64,000 nt of DNA from Chloroflexota bacterium (GTDB lineage: Bacteria > Chloroflexota > UBA11872 > VXOZ01). Under the pieces are notes generated by a model. The model saw only the letters and a list, made by a program, of their open reading frames with translations. It was not told the DNA's origin and made no database searches. Shown in pieces: positions 47,060 through 57,085 of this stretch (its first letter is position 1; every line of letters begins with the position of its first letter). The DNA lies in assembly GCA_963663275.1 (NCBI GenBank), contig OY760183.1, positions 2,048,001-2,112,000 on the forward strand, given 5' to 3'. The position numbers and the translations under genes were made by a program.

Positions 47060-48079
47060 ATGCTGGCGCTGCTTCTAGCGATCATGTGGTTCGGGATTGT
47101 CATCGACGAGGAGCCGACGGCGGGGCAATGCGCCCAACTGGACGCGGCGCGGCAGGAATTGAAAGAGGCGGGTTGGCACGGCGTTGACGCCTTCTATGCG
47201 GCCAACTGCGAGCCGGCGCCGACCAGGCCCAGGCGGACCTACATTGCCGGCGTGTGGCTCACGATAGCCCCGGAATCCGACGGCGGCGTGACCTATGGCC
47301 GTTGGATGTACGAGCAGGGCGGCTGGGACGACCATGACGGCGACGGCTGCGATACCCGTGAGGAAGTGCTGGCGGCCGAGGCGCGGACGTTTGCCGATGA
47401 CGACGAAGCGTGCGTGCCCGGCGGCGTGTGGTGGTCGTGGTACGATGAGAGGACGATCACGACGGTGACGGGCGTGGACATCGACCACGTGGTGCCGCTC
47501 GCCGAGGCGCATGAATCCGGCGGCTGGCGGTGGCCGTACGCGCGGCGCTTTGCCTACGCCAACGACCTGACTCTACCGCAAACCCTCACGGCGGTCTCGT
47601 CCGCGAGCAACCGGGCGAAGGGCGCGCGCGATCCGGCGGAGTGGCAGCCGCCGGCGGAATCCGCCTGGTGCCAGTACGCGCAGGACTGGATTGCGGTCAA
47701 GGTGTATTGGGGGCTGAGCGCGGACGCCGCGGAGGTCAGCGCGCTGCGGAAAATGCTGACGGAGTGCGACGAGCGGCCAAGGATCGTGTTCCCCACTCCC
47801 ACTCCTACTCCTACGCCGACGCCCACACCCTCACCGACGCCGGTTCCCACGCCCATTCCGACACCGACGCCGATACCAACGCCCACGCCAGCGCCGACGC
47901 CGACTCCAACCCCCGCGCCTTCCCTTACGCCAACGCCTACGTACGAGAATTGCGCCGCGGCGGAAGAGGCCGGCGAGGAGCGCGTGCCGGGGAGCGTGGG
48001 CGACGGATGGGGTTACCCCAAGGCTATGGTGCCCAGCGCGCGGGACGGTGACGGCGACGGCATCGTGTGCGAGCAATAG
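47060..48079 (+). CDS. Secreted HNH (DUF1524-like) nuclease with PT linker and Excalibur-like Ca-binding domain
   Basis: [35 protein letters not shown], (PT)n, YENCAAA...[11 protein letters not shown]. Confidence 0.8.
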   Translation: MLALLLAIMWFGIVIDEEPTAGQCAQLDAARQELKEAGWHGVDAFYAANCEPAPTRPRRTYIAGVWLTIAPESDGGVTYGRWMYEQGGWDDHDGDGCDTREEVLAAEARTFADDDEACVPGGVWWSWYDERTITTVTGVDIDHVVPLAEAHESGGWRWPYARRFAYANDLTLPQTLTAVSSASNRAKGARDPAEWQPPAESAWCQYAQDWIAVKVYWGLSADAAEVSALRKMLTECDERPRIVFPTPTPTPTPTPTPSPTPVPTPIPTPTPIPTPTPAPTPTPTPAPSLTPTPTYENCAAAEEAGEERVPGSVGDGWGYPKAMVPSARDGDGDGIVCEQ

Positions 48080-48239
48080 AGACCCGCCGCCCGCCTGCGC
48101 ATGAGCGTGGATCCTCGTGCACGCGCCTCGCCGTGCGTCACTGCGCGCCAGCAAGCGACTATACTAGGCGCAAGAGCGTTTTCCGTGACGCCCGCTTCTT
48201 GGGCGCCGGCTACTTTGTATAGGCGGATTCTTCCAGCCC

Positions 48240-49298
48240 ATGCCCATGACCACGTACGCTTCCACGTTCATCCCCGGCATGGGGGAGGTAGTCGCCGCCG
48301 CGCTGGAGCAGGCGCTGGAGCGCGTGGAGATTGACCTGCTGCTCGACGGCCTTGCGGTCTACCGCGCGGAGGCCCGGGCCGCGGACGTGCGGGCGCTGCG
48401 CTTCTGCAACAATAGCTTCGTCTGTCTCATGTCGTTTGACGGGCTGGGGCGCAATCCCATCGGGCAGATGAGCGAGACGGTATTGGCGGACGGACGGCTC
48501 TTGCAGCGCCTGGCGCCCTATCTGCCGCGCAAGAGCCTCTCGTACCGCTTCGTGGCCTCCCACGGCAACCAGTTCGTCTCGCTGCCGCAACGCACACGGA
48601 CGGCGCTTGAACGGACGCTTGCGCCCGACCGGCGGCTTAGGCCGGATCACAGCAATCCCGACGTGGAGATCTGGCTGTTTTCCCGGCGGGAGGGAGTTGG
48701 CTTCGTGGGTTTGCGCCTCACCCGGCACACGGCCTACGAAAAGACCTTGGCGCAAGGCGAGTTGCGCCCGGAACTCTGCCACCTGCTCTGCCTGATGTCG
48801 GAACCGGCGGAGTCGGACGTGGCGCTCGATCCGTTTTGCGGTTCGGGGGCGATTCCACTGGAACGCGCGCGGGCATTTCCCTACCGCGCGCTGCTCGCCG
48901 GCGACATCGACGCCAAGCACGTGAAAGGCCTGCGAGCCAAAGTGCGGAAACTCCGCTGGCTGCAGCGCGGGCAGCGGCGGAAGTTCGTCATCGGCCGGTG
49001 GGACGCCTTGAACTTGCGCACGTTCGACCCGGGCTCCGTGGACAAGATCATCACCGACCCGCCCTGGGGCTTCTACGGCGGTCAACCCGCCGACCCGGAA
49101 CGGTTCCAGCGAGAAATGCTGCGCGAGTTCCACCGGATCCTGCGACCGCGCGGCCTTGTGGCGCTGCTGGTGGGCAGACCGCAACTCCTCGAGCGGGTTC
49201 TGCGTGACTTCGAGGGAGAGTTGACGGTCTTGAAACGCTATGACGTCCTGGTCTCGGGCAAGAAGGCGAGCGCGTTCAAGATAGAGAAGACCGCATAG
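48240..49298 (+). CDS. Putative RNA methyltransferase (UPF0020/Trm11-like)
   Basis: LRPE, LDPFCGSGAIPLE, GDID, IITDPPWG. Confidence 0.8.
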   Translation: MPMTTYASTFIPGMGEVVAAALEQALERVEIDLLLDGLAVYRAEARAADVRALRFCNNSFVCLMSFDGLGRNPIGQMSETVLADGRLLQRLAPYLPRKSLSYRFVASHGNQFVSLPQRTRTALERTLAPDRRLRPDHSNPDVEIWLFSRREGVGFVGLRLTRHTAYEKTLAQGELRPELCHLLCLMSEPAESDVALDPFCGSGAIPLERARAFPYRALLAGDIDAKHVKGLRAKVRKLRWLQRGQRRKFVIGRWDALNLRTFDPGSVDKIITDPPWGFYGGQPADPERFQREMLREFHRILRPRGLVALLVGRPQLLERVLRDFEGELTVLKRYDVLVSGKKASAFKIEKTA

Positions 49299-49439
49299 GC
49301 GCGCGGGCGTTGCCGGAGTGCGGTCGCTCACACCGCCGTCCGGCATTGTGATACGCTGCGCGCAAGGGCGGCGCGGCCCGGCGAGCGTGGCGGGAGCGCC
49401 GGCTCATGGGAGTGTAGAACGGACGGCGCAGGCGCGTAG

Positions 49440-51329
49440 ATGTACACAATTGGCACAGCGGGACACGTAGACCACGGTAAGTCAACGCTGATTCAGGCGC
49501 TCACCGGCATCGACCCGGACCGGCTGCGCGAAGAAAAAGAGCGCGGGCTGACGATCGACCTGGGTTTTGCGTGGCTCACCTTGCCCAGCGGCAAGGAAAT
49601 CTCGATAGTGGACGTGCCCGGCCACGAGCGCTTTATCAAGAACATGCTGGCGGGCGTGGGCGGCATCGACGCGGCCTTGTTGGTCATTGCCGCCGATGAA
49701 GGCGTGATGCCGCAGACCCGCGAGCACCTGGACATTCTCGACCTGTTGCGCGTTCCTGCCGGGATCATCGTCTTGACGCGCTGCGACCTGGTGGAGGATG
49801 AAGAGTGGCTGCGCCTCGTGGAGGAAGAGGCGCGCGAGACGGTGGCGGAGACCGGGCTGGCCGAAAGTCCGGTCGTGCGCGTCTCCGCGGTCACGGGCGG
49901 CGGCCTGGACGACCTCCGCGCAACTCTCGACGGTCTGCTTGCCAAGACGGCGGCGAAGCGAGACGTCGGCCGTCCGCGCCTACCTATCGACCGGGCGTTT
50001 TCGCTCACCGGCTTCGGCACGGTTGCCACCGGCACCTTGCTGGACGGCCAACTGCGCGTCGGCGATGAGGTACAGGTTGTCCCCGGCAACGTGGGCGGCC
50101 GCATTCGCGGCTTGCAGAGTCACAAGCACGCGGTGGAGTCCGCCCTGCCCGGCAACCGCGTTGCCGTGAACGTCGGCGGCATCGATACGGACGACATCTA
50201 TCGCGGGCAGGCGCTCTCGCTGCCGGGCATGCTTACGGCGACGCGCTTTGCCGACGTGCGCGTCCGGCTGCTGCCCGCCGCGCCGCGGCCCCTGGCGCAT
50301 GGGACGGTGGTCTCCTTCCACAGCGGGACCATGGAGACGCTGGCGCGCGCGCGCTTGCTCGACCGCGAGGCGATCCCACCCGGCGCGGACGGCCTGGCGC
50401 AACTGCTGCTCGTGAAGCCTGCGCCGCTCCTTAAGGGCGACCTCTTCATCATTCGCCAGCTTAGTCCGGCGTGCACGCTGGGCGGCGGTGAAATCCTTGA
50501 TTCATACCCGCCGCGCCACAAACGCTTCGCGCAAGACGTCATATCGGCGCTGGACACACTGGAAAAGGGCTCGCCCGACGACGTTGTGCTTCAAGCAATC
50601 CGCCAACGGGAGCCGTGCGCGCGCCAAGAGATCGGCGGCGTGCTGCCTCTCACCCCGGCGGAAGTGGACGAGATACTGGCGCGGCTGCTGGGCGCGGAGC
50701 AGGCCATCGACCTGGGACGCTCGCTCTACTCCGCCGCCGGCTGGGCCGAGCTTACCCGGCGCGTGACCGCTCTGCTTCAAGGGTTCCACGAGCGGTATCC
50801 GCTCCGCAACGGCCAGGGCAAGGAGGAAGTGCGGCGCAGTCTCGGCCTTTCCAGCCGCGTGTTCAGCGAGGTCATGCAGCGCCTCAGCGCCGATGAGGTG
50901 ATTGCTGAAGAGCAGGGCGCGTTGCGGCTCTTCGACTTCCAGGTCGCGTTGAACGCGCTGCAAGAAGAGGCGGCGGCCGCGTTGCTCGAGGCGCTGGAGC
51001 GAGAGCCGATGGCGCCGCCGAGCCTGAGTGATTTGCGCAAGCATCTGGATGAAGGCGAGATTAATGGTGAAGTGGACGACTTCCTGAACGTGCTGGCGGC
51101 GCAAGGCCGGATCGTGCAGGTCGGGGACGACCTCATCTATTCGCGCAGGGCCTACGCGCAGGCGGTGGCGCTGGTGCGCGAACTCCTGGCCGGGGAAGAG
51201 CGGGTTACGGTGGCCCAGGTGCGCGACGCCTTTGGCACCAGCCGCAAGTACGTGCTGCCGTTGCTGGAGCGGATGGACAAGGATAACGTGACCCGGCGGA
51301 TTGGCGATGAACGCACGCTTGCCGAGTGA
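49440..51329 (+). CDS. selB: Selenocysteine-specific elongation factor
   Basis: TAGHVDHGKS, DRLREEKERGLTIDLGFA, DVPGHERFIKNM, C-terminal winged helix SRKYVLPLLE..D...TRRIGDER. Confidence 0.97.
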   Translation: MYTIGTAGHVDHGKSTLIQALTGIDPDRLREEKERGLTIDLGFAWLTLPSGKEISIVDVPGHERFIKNMLAGVGGIDAALLVIAADEGVMPQTREHLDILDLLRVPAGIIVLTRCDLVEDEEWLRLVEEEARETVAETGLAESPVVRVSAVTGGGLDDLRATLDGLLAKTAAKRDVGRPRLPIDRAFSLTGFGTVATGTLLDGQLRVGDEVQVVPGNVGGRIRGLQSHKHAVESALPGNRVAVNVGGIDTDDIYRGQALSLPGMLTATRFADVRVRLLPAAPRPLAHGTVVSFHSGTMETLARARLLDREAIPPGADGLAQLLLVKPAPLLKGDLFIIRQLSPACTLGGGEILDSYPPRHKRFAQDVISALDTLEKGSPDDVVLQAIRQREPCARQEIGGVLPLTPAEVDEILARLLGAEQAIDLGRSLYSAAGWAELTRRVTALLQGFHERYPLRNGQGKEEVRRSLGLSSRVFSEVMQRLSADEVIAEEQGALRLFDFQVALNALQEEAAAALLEALEREPMAPPSLSDLRKHLDEGEINGEVDDFLNVLAAQGRIVQVGDDLIYSRRAYAQAVALVRELLAGEERVTVAQVRDAFGTSRKYVLPLLERMDKDNVTRRIGDERTLAE

Positions 51330-52089
51330 CCCGGCGCATCTTTCGGCGCAACGAGAGCAGAGCGCCACCGGGGGCGAGCAGGAAACGGCGCTGCCTGATC
51401 GCCGCGAACTGCGGCGGCTGACGGAAGAGGTGGGCGACGCGCTGGCGCGGCGCGGAGAGACGCTGGCCGTGGGGGAGACCTCGGCCGGCGGCGCGCTGGC
51501 CGGCGCGCTTCATGTTGATGGCCAGCCTAGAACACAGTTTCGCGGCGGGTTGGTTCTCTATGCCGGCAATGACGCGCCGCTGGCGCGTGAAATGGACGGC
51601 ATAGCGAGCAAACACGGCGTCGTGAGCGAGGAGTACGCTGCGGCATTGGCGCGGTATGTCCGCGGGACGTTCGGGTGTCAATGGGCATTGGCGGAGAGCG
51701 GTATTGCCGGCCCCCAGACCGGCCGCCGCTCGGCGAAGCCGGTGGGAATGGTGTGCCTGGCGGTGGCCGGGCCGGTTGGAGAGGGGAAATCCGCGCAAGA
51801 GCGCGGGACAAGGCCCGGCGCAACAGGACATCCGATCGCCAAGTCTCCGGACGGGCGTGCGCGGGGGACAAGCCCCCGCGCACCAGGGGAATCGGGAAAG
51901 GTCTCACAAGACCCGCAAGGGCGGGGGACAAGCCCCCGCGCTACGGGGGATTGGCAGGAAGAGCGGGAGCAAGTGTACACGGCCACGCGCCTGATGCCGG
52001 ATTGCGGGCGCGAGGCGAATCAACGGCAATTCGCGTTGGAGGCTTTGCGTCTCCTCCGGCGCGCGCTGCTGGCGCGACCTCAGGAATAG
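51307..52089 (+). CDS. CinA C-terminal / PncC-like protein with an in-frame REP-derived insertion
   Basis: TLAVGETSAGG, HGVVSEE, ESGIAGP, KPVGMVCLAV, then about 60 aa of insert (RGTSPRA repeats), then GREANQRQFALEALRLL. Confidence 0.7.
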   Translation: MNARLPSDPAHLSAQREQSATGGEQETALPDRRELRRLTEEVGDALARRGETLAVGETSAGGALAGALHVDGQPRTQFRGGLVLYAGNDAPLAREMDGIASKHGVVSEEYAAALARYVRGTFGCQWALAESGIAGPQTGRRSAKPVGMVCLAVAGPVGEGKSAQERGTRPGATGHPIAKSPDGRARGTSPRAPGESGKVSQDPQGRGTSPRATGDWQEEREQVYTATRLMPDCGREANQRQFALEALRLLRRALLARPQE

Positions 52090-52240
52090 GGATGGTCGGT
52101 TCCAATTGGAGCAGCGAAGGGACGCATCGCCGAAAGACACGCCAGCCGTAGCGCGGGGCTTCTTCCCGATGTTGTCGCGCAAACGTAGCGCGGGGGCTTG
52201 TCCCCCGCCTCTTGGAGAAACCGGCGGACTACAATCACTG

Positions 52241-52269
52241 TTGCGGGCGCGGCGCGGGCGTGGTATAGT
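52241..52269 (+). promoter_or_regulatory. Sigma70-type promoter upstream of the TPP riboswitch
   Basis: TTGCGG-17 nt-TATAGT with extended -10 TG. Confidence 0.5.
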
Positions 52270-52290
52270 TACGGCGTTGGACAATTGAAG

Positions 52291-52396
52291 AGTGGCGTGA
52301 TAGGGGTGTCCGGGAGTCCGGGCTGAGACGAGAGACGCGCGTATGTCCTCAAACCCTTGCACCTGATCAGGGTAATGCCTGCGGAGGGAATGCACT
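52291..52396 (+). ncRNA. TPP riboswitch (THI box)
   Basis: GGGGTG...GCTGAGA...ACCCTTGCACCTGATCAGGGTAATGCCTGCGGAGGGAA. Confidence 0.92.
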
Positions 52397-52416
52397 GCTG
52401 AGCCTGCATATCTTGG

Positions 52417-52446
52417 GCGTGCTGAATCCGCAGCACGCTTTTCTTC
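52417..52446 (+). terminator. Intrinsic terminator (riboswitch expression platform)
   Basis: GCGTGCTG-aatccg-CAGCACGC followed by TTTTCTT. Confidence 0.75.
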
Positions 52447-52530
52447 GTTAAATCAGCTTTCCTGGATGTTCCAGGCGATTACCGTAGGCGCGGGTTTGCA
52501 GCCTGCGCTCAATGCAGGAGGTTTGCACCG

Positions 52531-53952
52531 ATGCTCGGTTCGTTGTCCAAAATTCTGCCCAGGGTCGAAGTGCCGCCGGAGTGGGGTGTGGAGCCGGTGC
52601 CCCCGGCAGAGCGCCGCATGTCGTTTCGGCAGCACTTCGTGCTCTGGTTCAACCTGGGCATCGGTCTGCTCGTCATCCTGACCGGCGCGCTGCTGGTGCT
52701 GCCGGCGGAAGACCACGGCCTGGGCATGGCGCCCCGGCAGGCGTTGCTGGCGGTGATCGTCGGCAGCGCGATCGGCGTCTTCCTGCTGGCGCTCATGTCC
52801 TATGCCGGCGCGCGGGTGCACGTGCCCACCATGGTGCTGCTGCGTCCCGTGCTGGGCATACGCGGTTCCTACGTGCCCAGCGTCTTCAACTTTCTGCAAC
52901 TCGTCGGCTGGACCGCGTTCGAACTATGGGCCATGGCGTGGGCGGCCAACCACGTCGCCAAGACGATGTTCGATTTCGACGCGTACCTGCTGTGGCTGCT
53001 GGTATTCGCGGTCATCTGCACGTCATTCGCGTTGGGCGGCCCGATAGTGGTGGTGCGGCAATGGATGGAGAAGTTCGGCATCTGGGTGATGACGGCGGCC
53101 TCGCTCTGGCTGACCTACTCGATCGTGAGCAGTTTCAACCTGGGCGACGTGCTTTCCCAAACGAGCACCGACGGCGCGCCCTTCTGGGTGGGTGTGGACC
53201 TCGTCATCGCCATGCCGATTTCGTGGATACCGCTCATCGCCGACTACAGCCGTTTCGGGCGCAGCGATACCGGCGCGTTTGCCGGCACGGGGCTGGGGTA
53301 TCTTCTGGCTAACTCGTGGTTCTACGGACTCGGCGTGCTGCTGGTGGCGACGGTAACCCTCGGCGACCTGAGCAATCCGGCGGTGGCCATCGCCGGCGCG
53401 ATCATCGTCTTCACCGCCGGCTGGCTGGCGCTGCTTGCTACTTTGGCCGTGGAAACCGACCAGGCCTTCGCGGACATCTACTCGGCGGCCGTGACCGCCC
53501 AAAACGTCTTTTCGCGCGTCCCGCAGCGGGTCATCGTCGTGATCGTCGCCGTGATCGGCCTTGTGTTGGCGTCATTCCTCAACATGGTGACGTACGAAAT
53601 CTTCATGCTGCTCATCGGCTCAATCTTCATTTCGCTCTTTGGCGTGATGGCGGCGGACTACTTCGTGGTGCGGCGGCGGAGGTATGAGACGGAGGAACTC
53701 TATGCGCGGGACGGCGCGTACTGGTACCGGGGCGGCGTCAATTGGCTCGGCCTGCTCTGCTGGGCGGCCGGCGTGAGCGTCTACCACACCCTCAACCCCA
53801 ACCTCTTGAGCAATTTCGTGGATGGCGTTGGAGGCCTGGCGCCGGACGCGCTGACCGGCTACGGCGGCTCGCTGCCGTCGTTCATCGTGGCGTTCGCGCT
53901 CTACGCCGTGCTCAGCCCGCTGCTGTTGCGGCGCACGGCTGAGGAAGAATAG
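52531..53952 (+). CDS. Purine-cytosine permease family, CytX-like thiamine-precursor (HMP) transporter
   Basis: About 12 TM segments; WGVEPVP, QLVGWTAFE, MPISWIPLIADYSRF; downstream of a TPP riboswitch. Confidence 0.85.
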   Translation: MLGSLSKILPRVEVPPEWGVEPVPPAERRMSFRQHFVLWFNLGIGLLVILTGALLVLPAEDHGLGMAPRQALLAVIVGSAIGVFLLALMSYAGARVHVPTMVLLRPVLGIRGSYVPSVFNFLQLVGWTAFELWAMAWAANHVAKTMFDFDAYLLWLLVFAVICTSFALGGPIVVVRQWMEKFGIWVMTAASLWLTYSIVSSFNLGDVLSQTSTDGAPFWVGVDLVIAMPISWIPLIADYSRFGRSDTGAFAGTGLGYLLANSWFYGLGVLLVATVTLGDLSNPAVAIAGAIIVFTAGWLALLATLAVETDQAFADIYSAAVTAQNVFSRVPQRVIVVIVAVIGLVLASFLNMVTYEIFMLLIGSIFISLFGVMAADYFVVRRRRYETEELYARDGAYWYRGGVNWLGLLCWAAGVSVYHTLNPNLLSNFVDGVGGLAPDALTGYGGSLPSFIVAFALYAVLSPLLLRRTAEEE

Positions 53953-54412
53953 AGGAGAGCCTTCGCCCTCCGATAATGTTCCGATGGCGTCTCGTGCCAC
54001 ACGTGCACGTTCCAATTGCATCTCTACCGACCCCAACTAAACGGAGCGTGACGGGAAGAGTGAACAGAACGCGATAGGAAGCGTGAACGGAACCTGACAG
54101 GAAGAGAAAGCACACTGTCTGCCGTTCGCCCTGAGCTTAGTCGAAGGGTGAACGGCAGACAGTCTTGTTTGACGGACACGGCCGCCGCTCTCCGTTCATG
54201 CTTCGACAAGCTCAGCACGAACGGAAAGACTGAATCTCAATACGGCAAGAATAGCGCGAACGGAGGGTCTGAGCATCGATTGGGCGAGCTTAGCGCGTAC
54301 GGTTGGTCTGACGTTCAATACGACAGGTTCTGCGCAAAGGGAGGGCCAAAGCCCCTGTGCGGCAGGCTCAACGCGAACGGGAGTTCCTGAGTGAATTCTA
54401 CAAGCCCGGGCG

Positions 54413-54757
54413 CTAGCGGCCCTTATAGAGCGCGTCGGTCTTGGCCGCCATGATGAAGTCGTTGCGGTGCAGGCCCTTGACCTTGTGCGTCCACCACGAC
54501 ACGGTGACGCCCACCCACTCGGTGAGAATGGCCGGGTGGTGGTCCTGCTCTTCCGCCGCGGCGGCGACCGCGTTGGTGAAGGCCAACGACTGGGTGAAGT
54601 TGGGGAAGGGATAGACGCGCTCCAACTGCGAAATGCCGTCCCGCTCCACTATATTCCACTCCGGAATTGCGGGCTTCAAAGCGGCGATTTCCGCAGCGGT
54701 CATGGTCGGCGCGCCCACGCGGCAGGCCACGCACGTTTCAGACTCTAGCGACGCCAT
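54413..54757 (-). CDS. phhB: Pterin-4-alpha-carbinolamine dehydratase
   Basis: CVACR, AEEQDHHP, WWTHKVKGLHRNDFIMAAKTD. Confidence 0.9.
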   Translation of the reverse strand: MASLESETCVACRVGAPTMTAAEIAALKPAIPEWNIVERDGISQLERVYPFPNFTQSLAFTNAVAAAAEEQDHHPAILTEWVGVTVSWWTHKVKGLHRNDFIMAAKTDALYKGR

Positions 54758-54788
54758 GATTACCTCCACTCAAGCATGAATCCCATCG

Positions 54789-54928
54789 GAGACCTTTGCA
54801 TAGCTCCGTTATTCCGGCGAAAGCCGGAATCCAGAGCGCTTTTACAACTAAAAATAGCATGATTTAAATCTATTTCACCCCCATCCCAACCTTCCCCCAC
54901 TATGGGGAAGGGGTTATGCAAAGGTCTC
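54789..54928. mobile_element. MITE, 140 bp, TIR GAGACCTTTGCATA, CATCG duplication; intact counterpart of the element disrupted at about 39553-40886
   Basis: GAGACCTTTGCATA ... TATGCAAAGGTCTC; internal TTCCGGCGAAAGCCGGAA and CCTTCCCC..GGGGAAGG hairpins. Confidence 0.8.
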
Positions 54929-55003
54929 CATCGGGAGTGCTCGGTTCGCGATGGCTGCTACCGAAAACGACAGCACAGCAGATGCGCTGCCGTGCGAAAG
55001 CTC

Positions 55004-55249
55004 CTATTGCGGCACGAATTGAAACACGGTGATGAGAGCGGCCAGGAACACAACGCCCGCGACCACAAGTCCGCCAAGCCGCATGAGAATGCGCAACTCC
55101 AACGCCTTCAGCTTGGCATCGAGCACGGCCTCGGTTACAAGGTTTTCTCGCGGGTCGGCTACCACGTCCACCATTGCCTCGGCCTGGTCTTCCGGCACGC
55201 CTGCGCCCGTTTGCGTTTTCACCGCCTCGCGCGCATCATGATCTGCCAT
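55004..55249 (-). CDS. DUF1640/CCDC90-like small protein, copy 3
   Basis: GAGVPEDQAEAMV...NLVTEAVLD...LELRILMRLGG followed by a TM helix. Confidence 0.6.
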   Translation of the reverse strand: MADHDAREAVKTQTGAGVPEDQAEAMVDVVADPRENLVTEAVLDAKLKALELRILMRLGGLVVAGVVFLAALITVFQFVPQ

Positions 55250-55512
55250 TTCCGCGCGTCTCCTTGTGGAGCTATCCGCGCTCGTTTTCTAATTCTTCCA
55301 CAGCGATCGGCGCCTTGTAAAGGACTCATGAACTCTTGGCGCGTGCCATCGCAAGGGACACGTCGCGGAGACCCACGCGTGGCTGCGCTTGCCCGCGCAC
55401 ACATTAGCCGCCAGCGCCGCAATCTTGCTTGCGTTGGGTCAAGGGTGTATAGTCTTTCATGTCCTTGGGGCGCCAGGGAACGAACGACGCAGCATCGAAG
55501 AGGAGGCGAGCG

Positions 55513-56886
55513 ATGCGTCAAAGTAGGGCTACACGACGTGGCGTGCTGGCCGGCATGCTTGGAGGGAGCGGCGCGCTGCTGCTGGCGGCGTGCGGACAGG
55601 CCACAACGATGGGCGAGCCGGACGCGGACATGGCAGAGAAACCGGCCGCGGAAGAGAAACCGGCGGAGCCGGAGACGGTCACGCTCAACGTGATCTGCTA
55701 CACGGAAGCGCAGGGCGGCGACTATCAGCGGACAATCGAGGGCTATCGGGCGGAGGTCGGCACGGAAATCGACCTTTCGATCGACGTTACCGCGTGGGGA
55801 GAATATTGGCCGAAGCTCAAGACCTCCGCCGCCGCGGGCACGCCGTTCGACGTGATGATCATGAACGGCCCCAACATCATGTTCCACGCGGCGAACAATA
55901 TTCTCTACGACCTCTCGCCCTACGTAAAGGCCGACGGCATCGACATGCTGGAGACCTTCCCGGCGTATCTCGTGAATGTCTATACGCTGTTCGGCAAGGT
56001 CTGGGGTCTACCGAATTTCCACGCTACCATCGGTATGTACTACAACCGCGAGCACCTGGGTGAAGCGGGACTGGACGAGCCGGCGGAGGACTGGACGTTC
56101 GATGACTGGCTGGAGATGTCGCAAAAGCTCACAATCCGCCAAGGCGAAACCCCGGAGCGCTGGGGCACGTACGTCTCGGTTTGGGGGCAGACTGAAGGGT
56201 ACAACTACGTCCTGGCGAACGGCGGCGAAATTCTGAGCAAGGACAAGACGGAGTTTCTCTTTGGTCAGCCCGCCGGACTGGAAGCCTTCAACTTCATGCA
56301 CGGTCTCATTCACCAGCATGGCGTGGCGCCCACGCGCCCGGAGGCCTCCGACGCCGGCGGCAAGCGGAACATGTTCCACAACGGCTTGCTTACCTTCCGC
56401 GCCAGCGGCCCGTGGGAATTCGGCCACTTGGCGCCGCTGGACCACATCAACTGGGGTGTGCAGTACCTGCCACGGAACGTTCGCCAGGCCAACGTGGTCC
56501 ATGGCTCGTCGTTCGCGGCCGGCGACCAGGTACAAACGCCGGACCACTCGTGGGCGTTCATCAAGTACGCCACCACGTCCGATACCGGCGAGAATTCCAC
56601 AGCCGAGTTCACCATGCCCGGCAGTTGGAAGGGTTCCCGCAATTGGACCGCCAACAACGACTTCCCCGAACTGGCGCAGAAGTTCCTCGACTCCATGGAC
56701 TGGGGCTTCGACTACCCGCAGTCGTACTCCACCCTGGAATGGAACAGCGCCATCCCGGCTGAGCTCAACAAGGCCGTGGACAACGAGGTGACAATGGATG
56801 AAGCCGTCGCCACCGCCGTCGCCATCGGCAACAAGATCCTGGATGAGGAGCAGGTAGAGCTAAGGCGGCTGGGCGTGATTAGCTAG
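55513..56886 (+). CDS. Sugar ABC transporter substrate-binding lipoprotein (Tat signal), no cognate permease adjacent
   Basis: TRRGVL...LLAAC; YWPKLK, DLSPYV, YYNREHL, WTFDDWLE; AGGAGG upstream. Confidence 0.85.
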   Translation: MRQSRATRRGVLAGMLGGSGALLLAACGQATTMGEPDADMAEKPAAEEKPAEPETVTLNVICYTEAQGGDYQRTIEGYRAEVGTEIDLSIDVTAWGEYWPKLKTSAAAGTPFDVMIMNGPNIMFHAANNILYDLSPYVKADGIDMLETFPAYLVNVYTLFGKVWGLPNFHATIGMYYNREHLGEAGLDEPAEDWTFDDWLEMSQKLTIRQGETPERWGTYVSVWGQTEGYNYVLANGGEILSKDKTEFLFGQPAGLEAFNFMHGLIHQHGVAPTRPEASDAGGKRNMFHNGLLTFRASGPWEFGHLAPLDHINWGVQYLPRNVRQANVVHGSSFAAGDQVQTPDHSWAFIKYATTSDTGENSTAEFTMPGSWKGSRNWTANNDFPELAQKFLDSMDWGFDYPQSYSTLEWNSAIPAELNKAVDNEVTMDEAVATAVAIGNKILDEEQVELRRLGVIS

Positions 56887-56912
56887 CCAAAGCAGAATAG
56901 AGGGCAGTCCTA

Positions 56913-56945
56913 ACATTGGGTGCTTCCTTTGGAGGCACCCAATGT
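56913..56945. terminator. Strong hairpin after the substrate-binding protein gene
   Basis: ACATTGGGTGCTTCC-TTT-GGAGGCACCCAATGT. Confidence 0.55.
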
Positions 56946-57085
56946 GGATTCTTCCCATATGTTCTGCCTTTAGACGCACTTTGTGACGAAAGGTGCGAAT
57001 TCACCACAGTTGTGGTGAAATATGACCAACTGTGCGAATTGTCCGGTGGTTGCCCCTCTGCAATTGGGCAACCCTGAAGGCTACC

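Noticed and set aside
51801-51944. 24-nt repeat with 36-nt spacers as a mini-CRISPR
   Set aside because: It lies in frame in a CDS, the repeat is REP-A, and the spacers are weakly similar to each other; reported as a REP insertion instead
54024-54390. Short ORFs beginning MLSLSKHER (also 30285 and 19998)
   Set aside because: Translations of the REP-C repeat, not genes
56960-57030. Additional small hairpins upstream of res as an ncRNA
   Set aside because: No repeated unit or recognisable motif; may be operator or terminator sequence but unsupported
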